Source: a bacterium (GTDB lineage Bacteria; Patescibacteriota; Minisyncoccia; Moranbacterales; GWC2-37-73). Taken from it: DNA of 64,000 nt. The position numbers and the translations under genes were made by a program. The stretch covers positions 12,334 to 76,333 of the forward strand of contig JBAXDL010000005.1 of assembly GCA_037140955.1 (NCBI GenBank), in the 5' to 3' direction. The notes below the pieces were generated by a model, which was given only the letters and a program-made list of their open reading frames with translations, was not told where the DNA came from and searched no databases. Each line of letters starts with the position of its first letter. The first letter of the stretch is position 1. Positions 19,472 to 29,629 of the stretch are shown here, one piece after another.

Positions 19472-21142
19472 ATAAAGAAAAAATTACAATTAAAATTTGG
19501 TGGGATTATTGTTTTGGCTTTAATGTGCGGCTTGTTTTCATATCCTCAAATTGTTAGCAAGGCTCCTCCTGTCTATGATTTTTTCAACAAGTTCAAGCTC
19601 AATCTCGGTCTTGATTTGCAAGGGGGATTTCATTTGGAATATAAGGCTGATGTTTCTAATATTGATTCAACAAAAGTTGCCGAGGCTATGCAAGGTGCGC
19701 AGACCGTCATCGAAAGACGAGTTAACGCTTTTGGTGTTGGCGAGCCATTGGTTCAAACAGCAAAAAGTGGACAAGAGAATCGTATTATTGTTGAATTGCC
19801 AGGAATAAAGGATATAGAAGAGGCAAAAACAAAAATCAAAGATGCTCCATTGTTGGAATTTAAAGAAGAAGGTCCGGTTGATGCTCAAGTTCAGCAAATG
19901 TTTGATCAAGCAAATCAGCAGGCAAAAGAAAAGGCTGCAAAAATTCTTGATGAGGTGAAAAATGGTGGTGATTTTGCGCAACTTGCAAAAGACAATAGTG
20001 AGGATCCAGGCTCAAAAGACAAAGGTGGTGATTTGGACTTTGTGAAAAAAGGAGCCTTTGTTCCTGAATTTGATAAAGTTTTGTTTGATTCAAATTTGAA
20101 GAATGGGGATATTTATCCTGATTTGGTTGAATCAACTTATGGATGGCATATTATCAAATTCATTGAATCTCGCGGTGAGGGTGCTGATTTGGAAGTTCAT
20201 GCTCAGCATATTCTTTTTTTGAAAAAAGATCCTTCTCAATATGATCAGTTCAAATATCAAACAACAGGATTGACTGGAAAAAATTTGAAAAGTGCTACTG
20301 CGCAATACTCTCAAGGACAAGGCCTTGGTGAGCCAGAGGTTGCTTTGCAATTTGATGAAGAAGGAACAAATCTTTTTGCTGAGTTGACCAAGAAAAACCT
20401 TGGCAAAAAAATAGCCATCTTTCTTGATGGAGAGTTGCAAATAGCTCCAACTGTTCAGGTTGAAATTACTAATGGTCAAGCGGTTATTACCGGAAATTAT
20501 ACTTTCAAAGAAGCAAAGGATATTTCTGACAGATTGAATCAAGGAGCGCTTCCAGTTCCTTTGACCTTGGTTGGACAACAGAGTGTTGAGGCAACTCTTG
20601 GGGCTGATTCGCTGCGAAGCATTTTGATTGCTGGTGCAATTGGACTTGGTGCAGTGATTGTCTTCATGCTTATCTTCTATCGCTTCTTGGGATTGGTAGC
20701 CTCACTGGCTTTGCTTATTTATACTGTTGCAATGATTACGCTTTTCAAGATGACTGGAATTACTTTGACACTTTCTGGTATTGCAGGGTTTGTGCTTTCA
20801 ATTGGAATGGCGGTGGACGCAAATATTTTGATTTTTGAAAGAACAAAAGAAGAAATTAGAGGTGGTCGCTCAATTGCAAACTCATTGGAAGAAGGATTCA
20901 AGCGTGCTTGGACTTCAATTCGTGATGGAAATGTTTCTTCATTGCTCACTTCTGGAATTTTGTACTTGATGGGAACTGGATTTGTGAAAGGATTTGCGGC
21001 TGCACTTTTCATTGGAGTAGTGGTTTCCATGTTTACTGCGGTGGTGATTACTCGTACAATGCTTAAGTTTATTATTAGTGATTGGATTCATGGAAGAACA
21101 TGGATGGTTGGAGTTAGAAAAAAGGATATTAAAAATGGATAA
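19466..21142 (+). CDS. secD: protein-export membrane protein SecD with an embedded parvulin (PpiC/PrsA-type) PPIase domain
   Basis: SecD P1 start 'GLDLQGGFH', C-terminal TM bundle 'GMAVDANILIFER'; internal segment 'NGGDFAQLAKDNSEDPGSKDKGGDLDFV...STYGWHIIK' matches the parvulin fold; the track ORF starts at an alternative TTG (19433). Confidence 0.85.
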   Translation: MNIKKKLQLKFGGIIVLALMCGLFSYPQIVSKAPPVYDFFNKFKLNLGLDLQGGFHLEYKADVSNIDSTKVAEAMQGAQTVIERRVNAFGVGEPLVQTAKSGQENRIIVELPGIKDIEEAKTKIKDAPLLEFKEEGPVDAQVQQMFDQANQQAKEKAAKILDEVKNGGDFAQLAKDNSEDPGSKDKGGDLDFVKKGAFVPEFDKVLFDSNLKNGDIYPDLVESTYGWHIIKFIESRGEGADLEVHAQHILFLKKDPSQYDQFKYQTTGLTGKNLKSATAQYSQGQGLGEPEVALQFDEEGTNLFAELTKKNLGKKIAIFLDGELQIAPTVQVEITNGQAVITGNYTFKEAKDISDRLNQGALPVPLTLVGQQSVEATLGADSLRSILIAGAIGLGAVIVFMLIFYRFLGLVASLALLIYTVAMITLFKMTGITLTLSGIAGFVLSIGMAVDANILIFERTKEEIRGGRSIANSLEEGFKRAWTSIRDGNVSSLLTSGILYLMGTGFVKGFAAALFIGVVVSMFTAVVITRTMLKFIISDWIHGRTWMVGVRKKDIKNG

Positions 21143-21171
21143 TTAAAAACTTCAAATTTCAAATCAAAAAA

Positions 21172-22074
21172 ATGTTTAATATAATTTCAAAAACTAAATA
21201 CGCATATATTTTTTCTGGCATTGTTTCTATTGCCAGCATTTTGAGTCTTCTTGTTTGGGGATTGAAATATGACATTGATTTTACTGGTGGAACTCGCATG
21301 GTTGTCAAATTTGCGCAAGAAACTCCGGCCAAGGATGAGGTGATTGATGCTTTGAAGGGTTTTGATTTGAAAAGTTTGACCCTGCAAGGCATCGAAGGAA
21401 ATTCAATGGTGATTCGTTATGCCTCAGAGGATGACAAATTGAATTCTGATGTTTGGCAGGCAGTGGTGACAAAATATCCCGAAGCTACTCAATCAAGTGT
21501 TGATTTTTTCAATTCTTCTGTTTCAGGGGAGCTTAAATCAAAATCCGTTAATGCTCTCATCTTGGCAATTTTGGCTATTATGGCATATATTGCATGGGCT
21601 TTTCGCAAAGTGTCACATCCGGTTGAATCATGGAAATATGGCGCTGGAGCTGTGATTGCCTTGGTGCATGATGTTTTGATTACAACTGGATTTTTTTCCT
21701 TTCTGGGTCATTTTTATGGCGTAGAAATTGGAATTCCATTTATTGCGGCATTGCTTACCATCTTGGGTTTTTCAGTACATGACACTATTGTGGTGTATGA
21801 CAGAACTAGGGAAAACTTGCTGCGAAGTTCACACAAAACTCCTTTTCCTGAGGTTGTGAATCAAAGTTTGAATGAAACATTGGTTCGCTCAATAAACACC
21901 TCGCTTACTGTAATCATAACCTTGTTGGCAATCTATCTTTTTGGGGGAGTTGCGATTAAGTATTTTGCCTTGGCGCTGCTTGTTGGTGTTACCTTTGGAA
22001 CATATTCCTCAATTTTTATTGCGACTGCTTTATTGGTGACAAGTTATGAGTTGACGATAAAATATAAAAAATAA
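21172..22074 (+). CDS. secF: protein-export membrane protein SecF
   Basis: 'GIDFTGGT', 'VVYDRTREN' SecF motifs. Confidence 0.9.
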   Translation: MFNIISKTKYAYIFSGIVSIASILSLLVWGLKYDIDFTGGTRMVVKFAQETPAKDEVIDALKGFDLKSLTLQGIEGNSMVIRYASEDDKLNSDVWQAVVTKYPEATQSSVDFFNSSVSGELKSKSVNALILAILAIMAYIAWAFRKVSHPVESWKYGAGAVIALVHDVLITTGFFSFLGHFYGVEIGIPFIAALLTILGFSVHDTIVVYDRTRENLLRSSHKTPFPEVVNQSLNETLVRSINTSLTVIITLLAIYLFGGVAIKYFALALLVGVTFGTYSSIFIATALLVTSYELTIKYKK

Positions 22075-22215
22075 TTTAAATATAAATAATTTCGAAGTCT
22101 GAATTTTGAATTTTGAATCAAATCTGAATGATATAATGTTTTAAATATTAAAAATTAAATCATTGGAAATTAATTCAAAATTCAAAATTAGAAATTCAAA
22201 ATTAATAAAATCTAT

Positions 22216-22494
22216 ATGGGAATTTTAGATGTATTTGGCAAAAAAGATGACAAGAAAAAAAGTGCAAATCCGCTTGATCCTGAGAACATGGGATTCATGC
22301 AAAAAATGGCCATGAAAAAGTTGGAAAAAATGAGTCCAGCTGAAAGAGAGGCTTTGATGCGAAAAGTTATGACTCCTGAAAATATTCAAAAAAATAAGGA
22401 TGATATTCTCAAAACTCTTGAACAAATGAAAAAATCAGGACAGATGAATGATCATCAAATTTTTGAAGCAAAAAAGAGATTGGGAATTTTGTAG
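22216..22494 (+). CDS. small Lys/Met-rich hypothetical protein
   Basis: 92-aa ORF immediately after secDF. Confidence 0.45.
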   Translation: MGILDVFGKKDDKKKSANPLDPENMGFMQKMAMKKLEKMSPAEREALMRKVMTPENIQKNKDDILKTLEQMKKSGQMNDHQIFEAKKRLGIL

Positions 22495-22512
22495 AAAATT
22501 TTGTGAGAAATT

Positions 22513-22549
22513 TAAAACCCAACAGATTTTTGTCTGTTGGGTTTTTTTA
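22513..22549. terminator. bidirectional rho-independent terminator
   Basis: aacccaacaga/tctgttgggtt stem with flanking A-run and T-run between convergent genes. Confidence 0.65.
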
Positions 22550-23368
22550 CTTGCCATTTTTGGCATGATACATTTTTTTGTCAGCAATAGCAATTTCTTC
22601 TGATATGTCATTATCTTCGTTGAAGAGATGAATTCCAATGGAGATTGAAAGTGGAATTTCTTTTTGTTCATAAAAGAATCTAACACTTTTGACAGAATTG
22701 CTTATTCTGTTTGTCAGTTCTGTTACCTTTTTCGTGCCAGCTTCGTTGACTTTCTTTTCCTTGTTGAATGTCATTGGCTTTACTGGAATTACCAAGAAAA
22801 ACTCATCTCCTCCAATTCTGAAAAGTCTGTCCTCACTTCGTACATGCTCAGAAATGATCTTTGTAATTGTTGTGATAGCAGCATCGCCCGCATTATGTCC
22901 AAAAACATCATTGATGTGCTTTAACTTATCAATATCGAAGAATAAAAAATATAAGTCCTCTTGATGTCTCTTGGCTCTTGCGGATGATTGTCTGATGGTG
23001 TCGTGCAACAAAACTCTATTATATGCACCCGTCATTGAATCTTTGATTGAAAGCTCTTCTAGCTTTATCTGCAATTCCTCCAGTTGAATATTTTTCTCCC
23101 TTAATTCAATGTTTACTCTTTCAAACTCAAAGTAATCCTGCATTACGATTGTTGACTGCTGAGAAATTTTCATAAACAAAACAAGAGAAAAAATGCCGGT
23201 ACAGAAAAGTTTTGATTGCCAATTTTGTAATTGAGTCATGATATAAAAATGACCATGAAACACTGAAAAACCAATAATTAGGGATAGTGCAATTTGAATA
23301 GCAAGCCTATTCCTGTTTGAAAGTGAAAGTACCCACCAACGGCTAAGTGACAGTAGAATTCTATTCAT
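22547..23368 (-). CDS. membrane-anchored diguanylate cyclase (GGDEF domain with RxxD I-site)
   Basis: N-terminal TM helices, coiled coil, 'RSEDRLFRIGGDEFF'. Confidence 0.85.
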   Translation of the reverse strand: MNRILLSLSRWWVLSLSNRNRLAIQIALSLIIGFSVFHGHFYIMTQLQNWQSKLFCTGIFSLVLFMKISQQSTIVMQDYFEFERVNIELREKNIQLEELQIKLEELSIKDSMTGAYNRVLLHDTIRQSSARAKRHQEDLYFLFFDIDKLKHINDVFGHNAGDAAITTITKIISEHVRSEDRLFRIGGDEFFLVIPVKPMTFNKEKKVNEAGTKKVTELTNRISNSVKSVRFFYEQKEIPLSISIGIHLFNEDNDISEEIAIADKKMYHAKNGK

Positions 23369-23532
23369 GGCTCAATGGCCCTCCTTTTTTAAATAACTCA
23401 TAATAAGTGATATCTAAATATAGTAATTTTTCTTCGTCTTGTCAATAAGCAATGATTAATTGTTTTTGACTTTTTGCCTTGTTGGCCTTAGAATAAGGTT
23501 ATTGATAAGGTAATGTTAAATAAAAAATACCT

Positions 23533-24564
23533 ATGTTTAAGGAAAAAATTGAAGCAATAAAAAATGAGGCATTGGATGAAATTTCAAAAACAGCTGATGA
23601 AGTTGTTTTGGTTGAGCTAAGGGTTAAATTTTTGGGCAGAAAAAGTGATTTTATTGGTATCTTGAAAAGCTTGAAGGACATGTCAGAGCAAGAAAAAAAA
23701 GAAGTTGGTCAATTGGCAAATCTTGCTAAATCAGAAATTGAGAATTCTTTTTTGCAAAAAGAACAAGAGCTTAAAAATAAAAGTTTTGATTTTGCTGCTG
23801 AAAAAATAGATGTTTCCATGCCGGCCAAAAAAATTCAAAGTGGTCACATGCATCCACTCAGTTTGATTCAATATGAAATAGAGGATATTTTCACTGCTAT
23901 GGGATTTGAAGTGGCTGATGGTCCAGAAGTTGAAACTGAATTTTATAATTTTGATGCTCTTAATATCCCTAAGGATCATCCTGCTCGCGACATGCAAGAC
24001 ACTTTTTGGGTGAAGTCTGAAAATCCAGAGGAAAAAGTTGTGATGCGCACGCAAACATCTGATGTGCAAATTCGCTATATGGAAAAACACACTCCGCCAT
24101 TTCGCATCATTGCGCCAGGCAGGGTTTTTCGTCGCGAATCAACCGATACTACTCATGATCACACCTTTCATCAGTTTGAAGCCTTGATGGTGGGGCAGGA
24201 TATTACAGTGGGAAATCTGAAATTTGTGGCTGAGCAGTTTTTTTCAAGCTTTTTCAAGACCAAAGTTGAAATCAGATTGCGTCCAAGTTTTTTTCCATTC
24301 ACTGAGCCAAGTTTTGAATTTGACATCAACTGCGTTGTTTGTTCTGGGAAAGGTTGTTCTTCATGCAAGTGGGCTGGTTGGTTGGAATTGGGCGGGGCTG
24401 GCATCGTGAATCAAAATGTTTTTGAAGCAGTGGGATATCCAAGAGGAAAATATCAAGGTTTTGCCTGGGGATTTGGATTGGAAAGATTAGCCATGATGAA
24501 ATACAAAATAGATGACGTTAGACTTTTCCATGGTGGAGACCTTAGATTTATTCGTCAATTTTAG
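23533..24564 (+). CDS. pheS: phenylalanine--tRNA ligase alpha subunit
   Basis: class II aaRS motifs; 'FRPSFFPFTEPS', 'GWLELGGAG'. Confidence 0.95.
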   Translation: MFKEKIEAIKNEALDEISKTADEVVLVELRVKFLGRKSDFIGILKSLKDMSEQEKKEVGQLANLAKSEIENSFLQKEQELKNKSFDFAAEKIDVSMPAKKIQSGHMHPLSLIQYEIEDIFTAMGFEVADGPEVETEFYNFDALNIPKDHPARDMQDTFWVKSENPEEKVVMRTQTSDVQIRYMEKHTPPFRIIAPGRVFRRESTDTTHDHTFHQFEALMVGQDITVGNLKFVAEQFFSSFFKTKVEIRLRPSFFPFTEPSFEFDINCVVCSGKGCSSCKWAGWLELGGAGIVNQNVFEAVGYPRGKYQGFAWGFGLERLAMMKYKIDDVRLFHGGDLRFIRQF

Positions 24565-24623
24565 ATTGAAGAATTTAAAATTTAGAACTTTGGATTTGAT
24601 TTAAAATTTAAAATTTAGAATTT

Positions 24624-27032
24624 ATGAAGTATAGCTATAATTGGCTCAAGGAACTCTCTGAAACAAAAAAAACAGCCACGCAGGTTGCTGATCTCATAAC
24701 AAAGCATTCTTTTGAAGTTGAATCGGTGGAAAAAATCGGATCTGATTTTGCTGGAATTGTGGTTGGAAAAATTTTGGAAATTTCCAAGCATCCCAATGCG
24801 GACAAACTGCAACTGACAAAGGTTGAGATTGGACAGGAATCTCCTTTGGACATTGTCTGTGGCGCTCACAACATTAGCGTGGGCGATCATGTTCCTGTTG
24901 CGACTGTTGGCACTAAATTGCCAAATGGAATTGAAATCAGAGAGGCTGAAATCAGAGGAATGAAATCTTTTGGAATGCTTTGCGCTGAAGATGAAATTGG
25001 TCTTGGAAAAAGTCACGCTGGAATTTTGATATTAGACAAGGAAATAGGAATAGGCACACCTTTGTCAGAAGTTTTTGCTAATAATGATGAAATTTTGGAT
25101 ATTAAGGTTTTGCCAGACAGAGCACATGATGCTGTTTCGCATGTTGCCATGGCCAGAGAAATTGTGGCACTTGAAGGTGGGCAGTTGGACTATGACTATG
25201 ACGGTCTGATTTTGGAGGGCAATGGAGAGGCAAATCTTGAAATTAAAATTGAAAATAGTGATCTTTGTCCCAGGTATATTGGAGCAAGACTTTCTGGTGT
25301 TACGGTTAAAAAATCTCCTGATTGGATGATTGCACGCTTGGAAGCTTGTGGTCTTAATGCAATCAACAACATCGTTGATGCGACGAATTATGTCATGCTA
25401 GAGCTCGGACAACCATTGCATGCTTTTGATGCTGATGTGGTTGGTAGTACCATTGTCACCAGACTTGCTAAGGATGAGGAAGAAATTGTCTTGCTGGATG
25501 GCAATGTTAAAAAACTTGCCTCAAGTGATATTGTTATTGCAAACAATGAGAAAGTTTTAGCTTTGGCTGGAATTATGGGCGGAAAGGATTCTGGAATTTC
25601 AGATCAAACAGAAAATATAATTCTGGAGGCAGCAAATTTTAAGGCAATTTCAATTAGAAGAACTCGCTCAAGATTGAACATGCTTAGTGATGCCTCCATG
25701 CGCTTTGAAAAAGAGCTTGATCCAAATCTAGCTGAAAAGGCTATGGTCAGGGTTATTGAAATTCTTGAACACACCGCCAATGCATCCTTTGAAGGATTTG
25801 TGGATGTGTATCCTGAAAAAGTGTCGCCGTGGAAAATAGAATTGGAAAAAGAATATATCGACAAATTGTTGGGGACCACCGTTCCTGCTGGTGTGAGTGA
25901 GAAAATTTTGAGTTCACTTGGCATTGAAATTGAAAGCAAGGATGAAAAAGTCTTAATAGTAACAATTCCAACATATAGAATTGATTTGAAATCACAAGAG
26001 GATTTGATTGAGGAAATAGGGAGAATTTATGGTTATGAAAAAATTCAAAATGTGGCACCACTTGTGCCAGTCACTGCTGCCAAACAAAACGAAGCAAGAA
26101 TTTTCGAGCGTAATGTGAAGAAACTTTTGATTGCCAGTGGTTTTTCTGAGGTTTTGAATTATTCTTTTTATTCTTTGCAAGATCAGAAAAATTCTCATTT
26201 TGAGCACATAAAACACTATGAGCTTGAAACACCGATGAATCCTGATCAAAACTTGCTACGCGTGAGCTTGCTTCCTAATATTTTCAAAAAAATTAGAGAA
26301 AATCTCAAAAATTATGGCGAGTTTAGTATTTTTGAAATAGGAAAGGTTTATTTGCCAAGCACGGAGCAATTGCCGCAAGAAAAATCAATGCTGGTTGGCG
26401 CAATGGTCTTTCCGAAAAAAGTCGCAAAAAAAGAAAAGCAAGATTTGCGTTTGGAATCAAACTTCTTTGAGTCAAAGTCTTTTATTAATAATCTTTTGCT
26501 TCAAATTGGAATCAGTGATCAATATTATGACAATTTTGACATTGATAATGGTGAAAATTCAAAACTTCTCTGGCATCAAGGAAGAAGTGCTGAAATAAAA
26601 ATAACAGGAAGTGGCAAATCATTGGGTCTTGTTGGTGAAATAAGTCCAAATGTTTTGAGAAAATATGACATTTCAAATAGGGTTGTTGTTTTTGAATTTG
26701 AAATGGAAAAAATGCTAGAAATTTCACGCAGCGAAAGGGAATATGCTCCAATTGGAAAATATCCAGTGGTGACTAGAGATATTTCACTGCTAGCACAAAA
26801 AAATGTGCGCATTGATGAAATTTTGATGATTATTCAGCGTGCAGGAGGAGATTTGGTGCTTGATGTTGATCTTTTCGATGCAATAGATTTTTCTGATGAC
26901 TCTTCGAGTTTTGCTTTTCACATTATTTTGGGAGCAAGTGAGCGAACATTGAATGGAAAAGAGGTTGATGAACTCATGAATGCGATTGTTGAAAAATTGG
27001 AAAGTGAATTGCAAGTCAAACTTCGCAGATAA
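24624..27032 (+). CDS. pheT: phenylalanine--tRNA ligase beta subunit
   Basis: tRNA-binding N-domain, B3/4 and B5 domains, FDX-ACB C-terminus. Confidence 0.95.
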   Translation: MKYSYNWLKELSETKKTATQVADLITKHSFEVESVEKIGSDFAGIVVGKILEISKHPNADKLQLTKVEIGQESPLDIVCGAHNISVGDHVPVATVGTKLPNGIEIREAEIRGMKSFGMLCAEDEIGLGKSHAGILILDKEIGIGTPLSEVFANNDEILDIKVLPDRAHDAVSHVAMAREIVALEGGQLDYDYDGLILEGNGEANLEIKIENSDLCPRYIGARLSGVTVKKSPDWMIARLEACGLNAINNIVDATNYVMLELGQPLHAFDADVVGSTIVTRLAKDEEEIVLLDGNVKKLASSDIVIANNEKVLALAGIMGGKDSGISDQTENIILEAANFKAISIRRTRSRLNMLSDASMRFEKELDPNLAEKAMVRVIEILEHTANASFEGFVDVYPEKVSPWKIELEKEYIDKLLGTTVPAGVSEKILSSLGIEIESKDEKVLIVTIPTYRIDLKSQEDLIEEIGRIYGYEKIQNVAPLVPVTAAKQNEARIFERNVKKLLIASGFSEVLNYSFYSLQDQKNSHFEHIKHYELETPMNPDQNLLRVSLLPNIFKKIRENLKNYGEFSIFEIGKVYLPSTEQLPQEKSMLVGAMVFPKKVAKKEKQDLRLESNFFESKSFINNLLLQIGISDQYYDNFDIDNGENSKLLWHQGRSAEIKITGSGKSLGLVGEISPNVLRKYDISNRVVVFEFEMEKMLEISRSEREYAPIGKYPVVTRDISLLAQKNVRIDEILMIIQRAGGDLVLDVDLFDAIDFSDDSSSFAFHIILGASERTLNGKEVDELMNAIVEKLESELQVKLRR

Positions 27033-27226
27033 AAGAAAAAAAGGATATTTTTTCATCCCAAAACAGTCAGAACTTTCAAGTCCGGCTGTTTTTTTGTCAG
27101 CTATTGACAAAAAAATAATATGTGTTAATATAATTTGAAATCAAGAGAGATTAATTTTGGCTCTAAATTTATGAAAACAAGCTGTTTCTGCCGGAGGGGA
27201 GATGCAAACTTTGTTTATACTGACAA

Positions 27227-28291
27227 ATGGAAAAAATAACAGATAAAAACAGCCAAGCAGTTGAGTCTGAAAAGGCGATATTTTCAGATGCACTGAAAAG
27301 TACCGTGAAAGATTTTTCACAAAGAAGTCAGGAGATAATTTTTTCTCGCTGGGGGGTTTTCAGTTCTCATTCTTTGACTTTGGAAGAGATTGGAAAAAAA
27401 TATCAAATTACTCGTGAGAGAGTTAGGCAAGTTATTCGCGAGGTTTTGAAAAAAGTTAAAGAAAAAAAGGATCAAACTGTTTTTCGTGAAATAGAAGAAA
27501 AAATTATTTTGGCGCTTAGAAATAATGGTGGTATAATGGAGGAGCAAAAACTTTTGTCTGTGCTTGTGGGAAAGCAAAAAAGTGAGCAAGCAGCAGTTTC
27601 ATTTTTTCTGGAATGTTTTGATAGTATTTGCAAAAATCAAATCAAGGGAGAACTTAAAGTTGCATATTCTTTGCCAAGTTTTGAAATTGAAAAATGGCGA
27701 AATGTGAAAAATGATTTGATTTTGGTTTTGAAACAACAGGCAAAACCTCTTTCAGTTGAAAAACTTTTTGAACTGACAAAAGCAAAGTCTGGTGAATTTG
27801 ATTTGAACATTGAAACATTCACACAATATCTTGAAATTTCAGAAGAGATCAAACAAAACACTTTTGGAAAATGGGGAATTGCAAAATGGAAAGAAATTTC
27901 TCCAAAAGGAACGCGTGAAAAGGCTTATCTTGTTTTGAAAGAGGTAGCCAAGCCTTTGCATTTTCGGGATATTGCCAAAAAGATTGATCAATATCATTTG
28001 AACAAAAAGAAAACTCATGCTCAAACAGTGCACAATGAATTGATCAAGGACAAAAATTTCGTGTTGGTGGGAAGGGGGATCTACGCGCTGGTTGAATGGG
28101 GATATCGCAGTGGAACAGTCAAGGATGTGATTGAAGAGATTTTGAAAAAAAATAAGGCTCCACTCAGCAAGGAAGAAGTACTAGAAATGGTTTTAAAAAT
28201 CAGACGTGTGAAAAAATCGACTATTGTGATAAACTTGAATAACTACTTTGCCAAATCAAAAACAGGCACATATTCAATTAAAAAATCTTAA
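27227..28291 (+). CDS. DNA-binding protein with N-terminal sigma-70 region-4 HTH and C-terminal HARE-HTH domain
   Basis: 'LTLEEIGKKYQITRERVRQVIREVLKK' (sigma r4-like); C-terminal 'FVLVGRGIYALVEWGY' matches the HARE-HTH motif (RpoE-delta N-domain type). Confidence 0.6.
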   Translation: MEKITDKNSQAVESEKAIFSDALKSTVKDFSQRSQEIIFSRWGVFSSHSLTLEEIGKKYQITRERVRQVIREVLKKVKEKKDQTVFREIEEKIILALRNNGGIMEEQKLLSVLVGKQKSEQAAVSFFLECFDSICKNQIKGELKVAYSLPSFEIEKWRNVKNDLILVLKQQAKPLSVEKLFELTKAKSGEFDLNIETFTQYLEISEEIKQNTFGKWGIAKWKEISPKGTREKAYLVLKEVAKPLHFRDIAKKIDQYHLNKKKTHAQTVHNELIKDKNFVLVGRGIYALVEWGYRSGTVKDVIEEILKKNKAPLSKEEVLEMVLKIRRVKKSTIVINLNNYFAKSKTGTYSIKKS

Positions 28292-28311
28292 AGTCACTCA
28301 AAAACAAAAAA

Positions 28312-29589
28312 ATGGACATTCTTCTAACTTCACTAGCTCAAATACCTGAAGATTTAAAAATGGTGTCGCAAGTAATAAATCACACTTGGTTTATTATTTT
28401 GCCACCACTTTTTTATTTTATCTTTAAAATTTTTTGGATTACACATATTCAAAATGCTTATTGGGCCTCTGCTAGTTGGGTTTTGTTGGAGCTTATTCCT
28501 CCAAAAAATATTGAAAAAAGCCCTAAGCCAATGGAGGCACTTTTTGTTGGCTTTGCAGGTGTGGAAAAAGGTTTTGACGTGGCTGAAACATATATCAGTG
28601 GAATGTTTGCTGATTCAATGAGTTTGGAGATGGTTAGTGATCAAGGGACAGTGCATTTTTACATCCGCAGCATGAAAAAATATCGCCATTTGGTGGAGGC
28701 TTCGCTCTATGCTCAATATCCCGATGTCGAAATCATTGAAGTTCCTGATTATGTTAATGATGTTCCCAAGGTTATTCCTAATGAAAAATGGGATTTGTGG
28801 GGAGCTGACATTGCATTTCAAAGTGATCCAGCTTATCCAATCAAAACGTATAAAGCTTTTGAAGAAGAAATTTCTGGCACCATGATTGACCCTTTGTCGA
28901 GTTTGTTGGAAGTTATGGGTAAATTGGGTCCAGGACAGCAGATGTGGCTACAGTGGGTGATTTCTCCAACATCTCCAGCTTGGGCTGGAAAAGAAGGGAA
29001 AAAATTGACTGACAAATTGAAGGGAAAAGAAAAGAAAGTCGTTTCTGTTCCGGAAAGATTGGTTAAGGATTTTTTGGATGTTGTCACAAACCTTTTCAAC
29101 GCCTTGCTAGGGCCGGTTGAATTTGCTGCAGAAAAGAAAAAAGAAGAAGCAGCATTGGACACAAGACTTTCTCCGGGAGAAAGAGATGTGCTCAAGGCCG
29201 TGGAGGATAATCTTGGAAAATTGCAATTTTACACCAAGGGAAGATTTATATATCTAGGTCGACGAGAAAATTATGACAAAGCGCTTGGAATTTCATCTTT
29301 TTGGGGAAGTCTCAAGCAATTTAATGACAACAATCTTAACAGCATGAAGCCTGATGGTGATTCAAAAACTTTTGCAAATTATTTCAACCAACGAAGTCGT
29401 TTGCGTTATCGTCAACGAAAAATATTAAGACGCTATCGCACTAGAAACAGGGATGGTGCAACATTGGTCTTTAGTACTGAAGAATTGGCCACACTTTTTC
29501 ATTTCCCTGATATGAACGTGATGGCTCCATCATTCACGCGCGTGGAAGCGAAGCGTGGTGGTGCTCCTTCAAATTTGCCGATTGAATAA
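28312..29589 (+). CDS. membrane-anchored hypothetical protein (two N-terminal TM helices), partner of the downstream ATPase
   Basis: 425-aa ORF 20 nt after the previous gene and 40 nt before the next; no recognisable catalytic motif. Confidence 0.55.
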   Translation: MDILLTSLAQIPEDLKMVSQVINHTWFIILPPLFYFIFKIFWITHIQNAYWASASWVLLELIPPKNIEKSPKPMEALFVGFAGVEKGFDVAETYISGMFADSMSLEMVSDQGTVHFYIRSMKKYRHLVEASLYAQYPDVEIIEVPDYVNDVPKVIPNEKWDLWGADIAFQSDPAYPIKTYKAFEEEISGTMIDPLSSLLEVMGKLGPGQQMWLQWVISPTSPAWAGKEGKKLTDKLKGKEKKVVSVPERLVKDFLDVVTNLFNALLGPVEFAAEKKKEEAALDTRLSPGERDVLKAVEDNLGKLQFYTKGRFIYLGRRENYDKALGISSFWGSLKQFNDNNLNSMKPDGDSKTFANYFNQRSRLRYRQRKILRRYRTRNRDGATLVFSTEELATLFHFPDMNVMAPSFTRVEAKRGGAPSNLPIE

Positions 29590-29629
29590 AGAGATAAATT
29601 AAAAATTAACTACAACGCTAGTTAACCAT

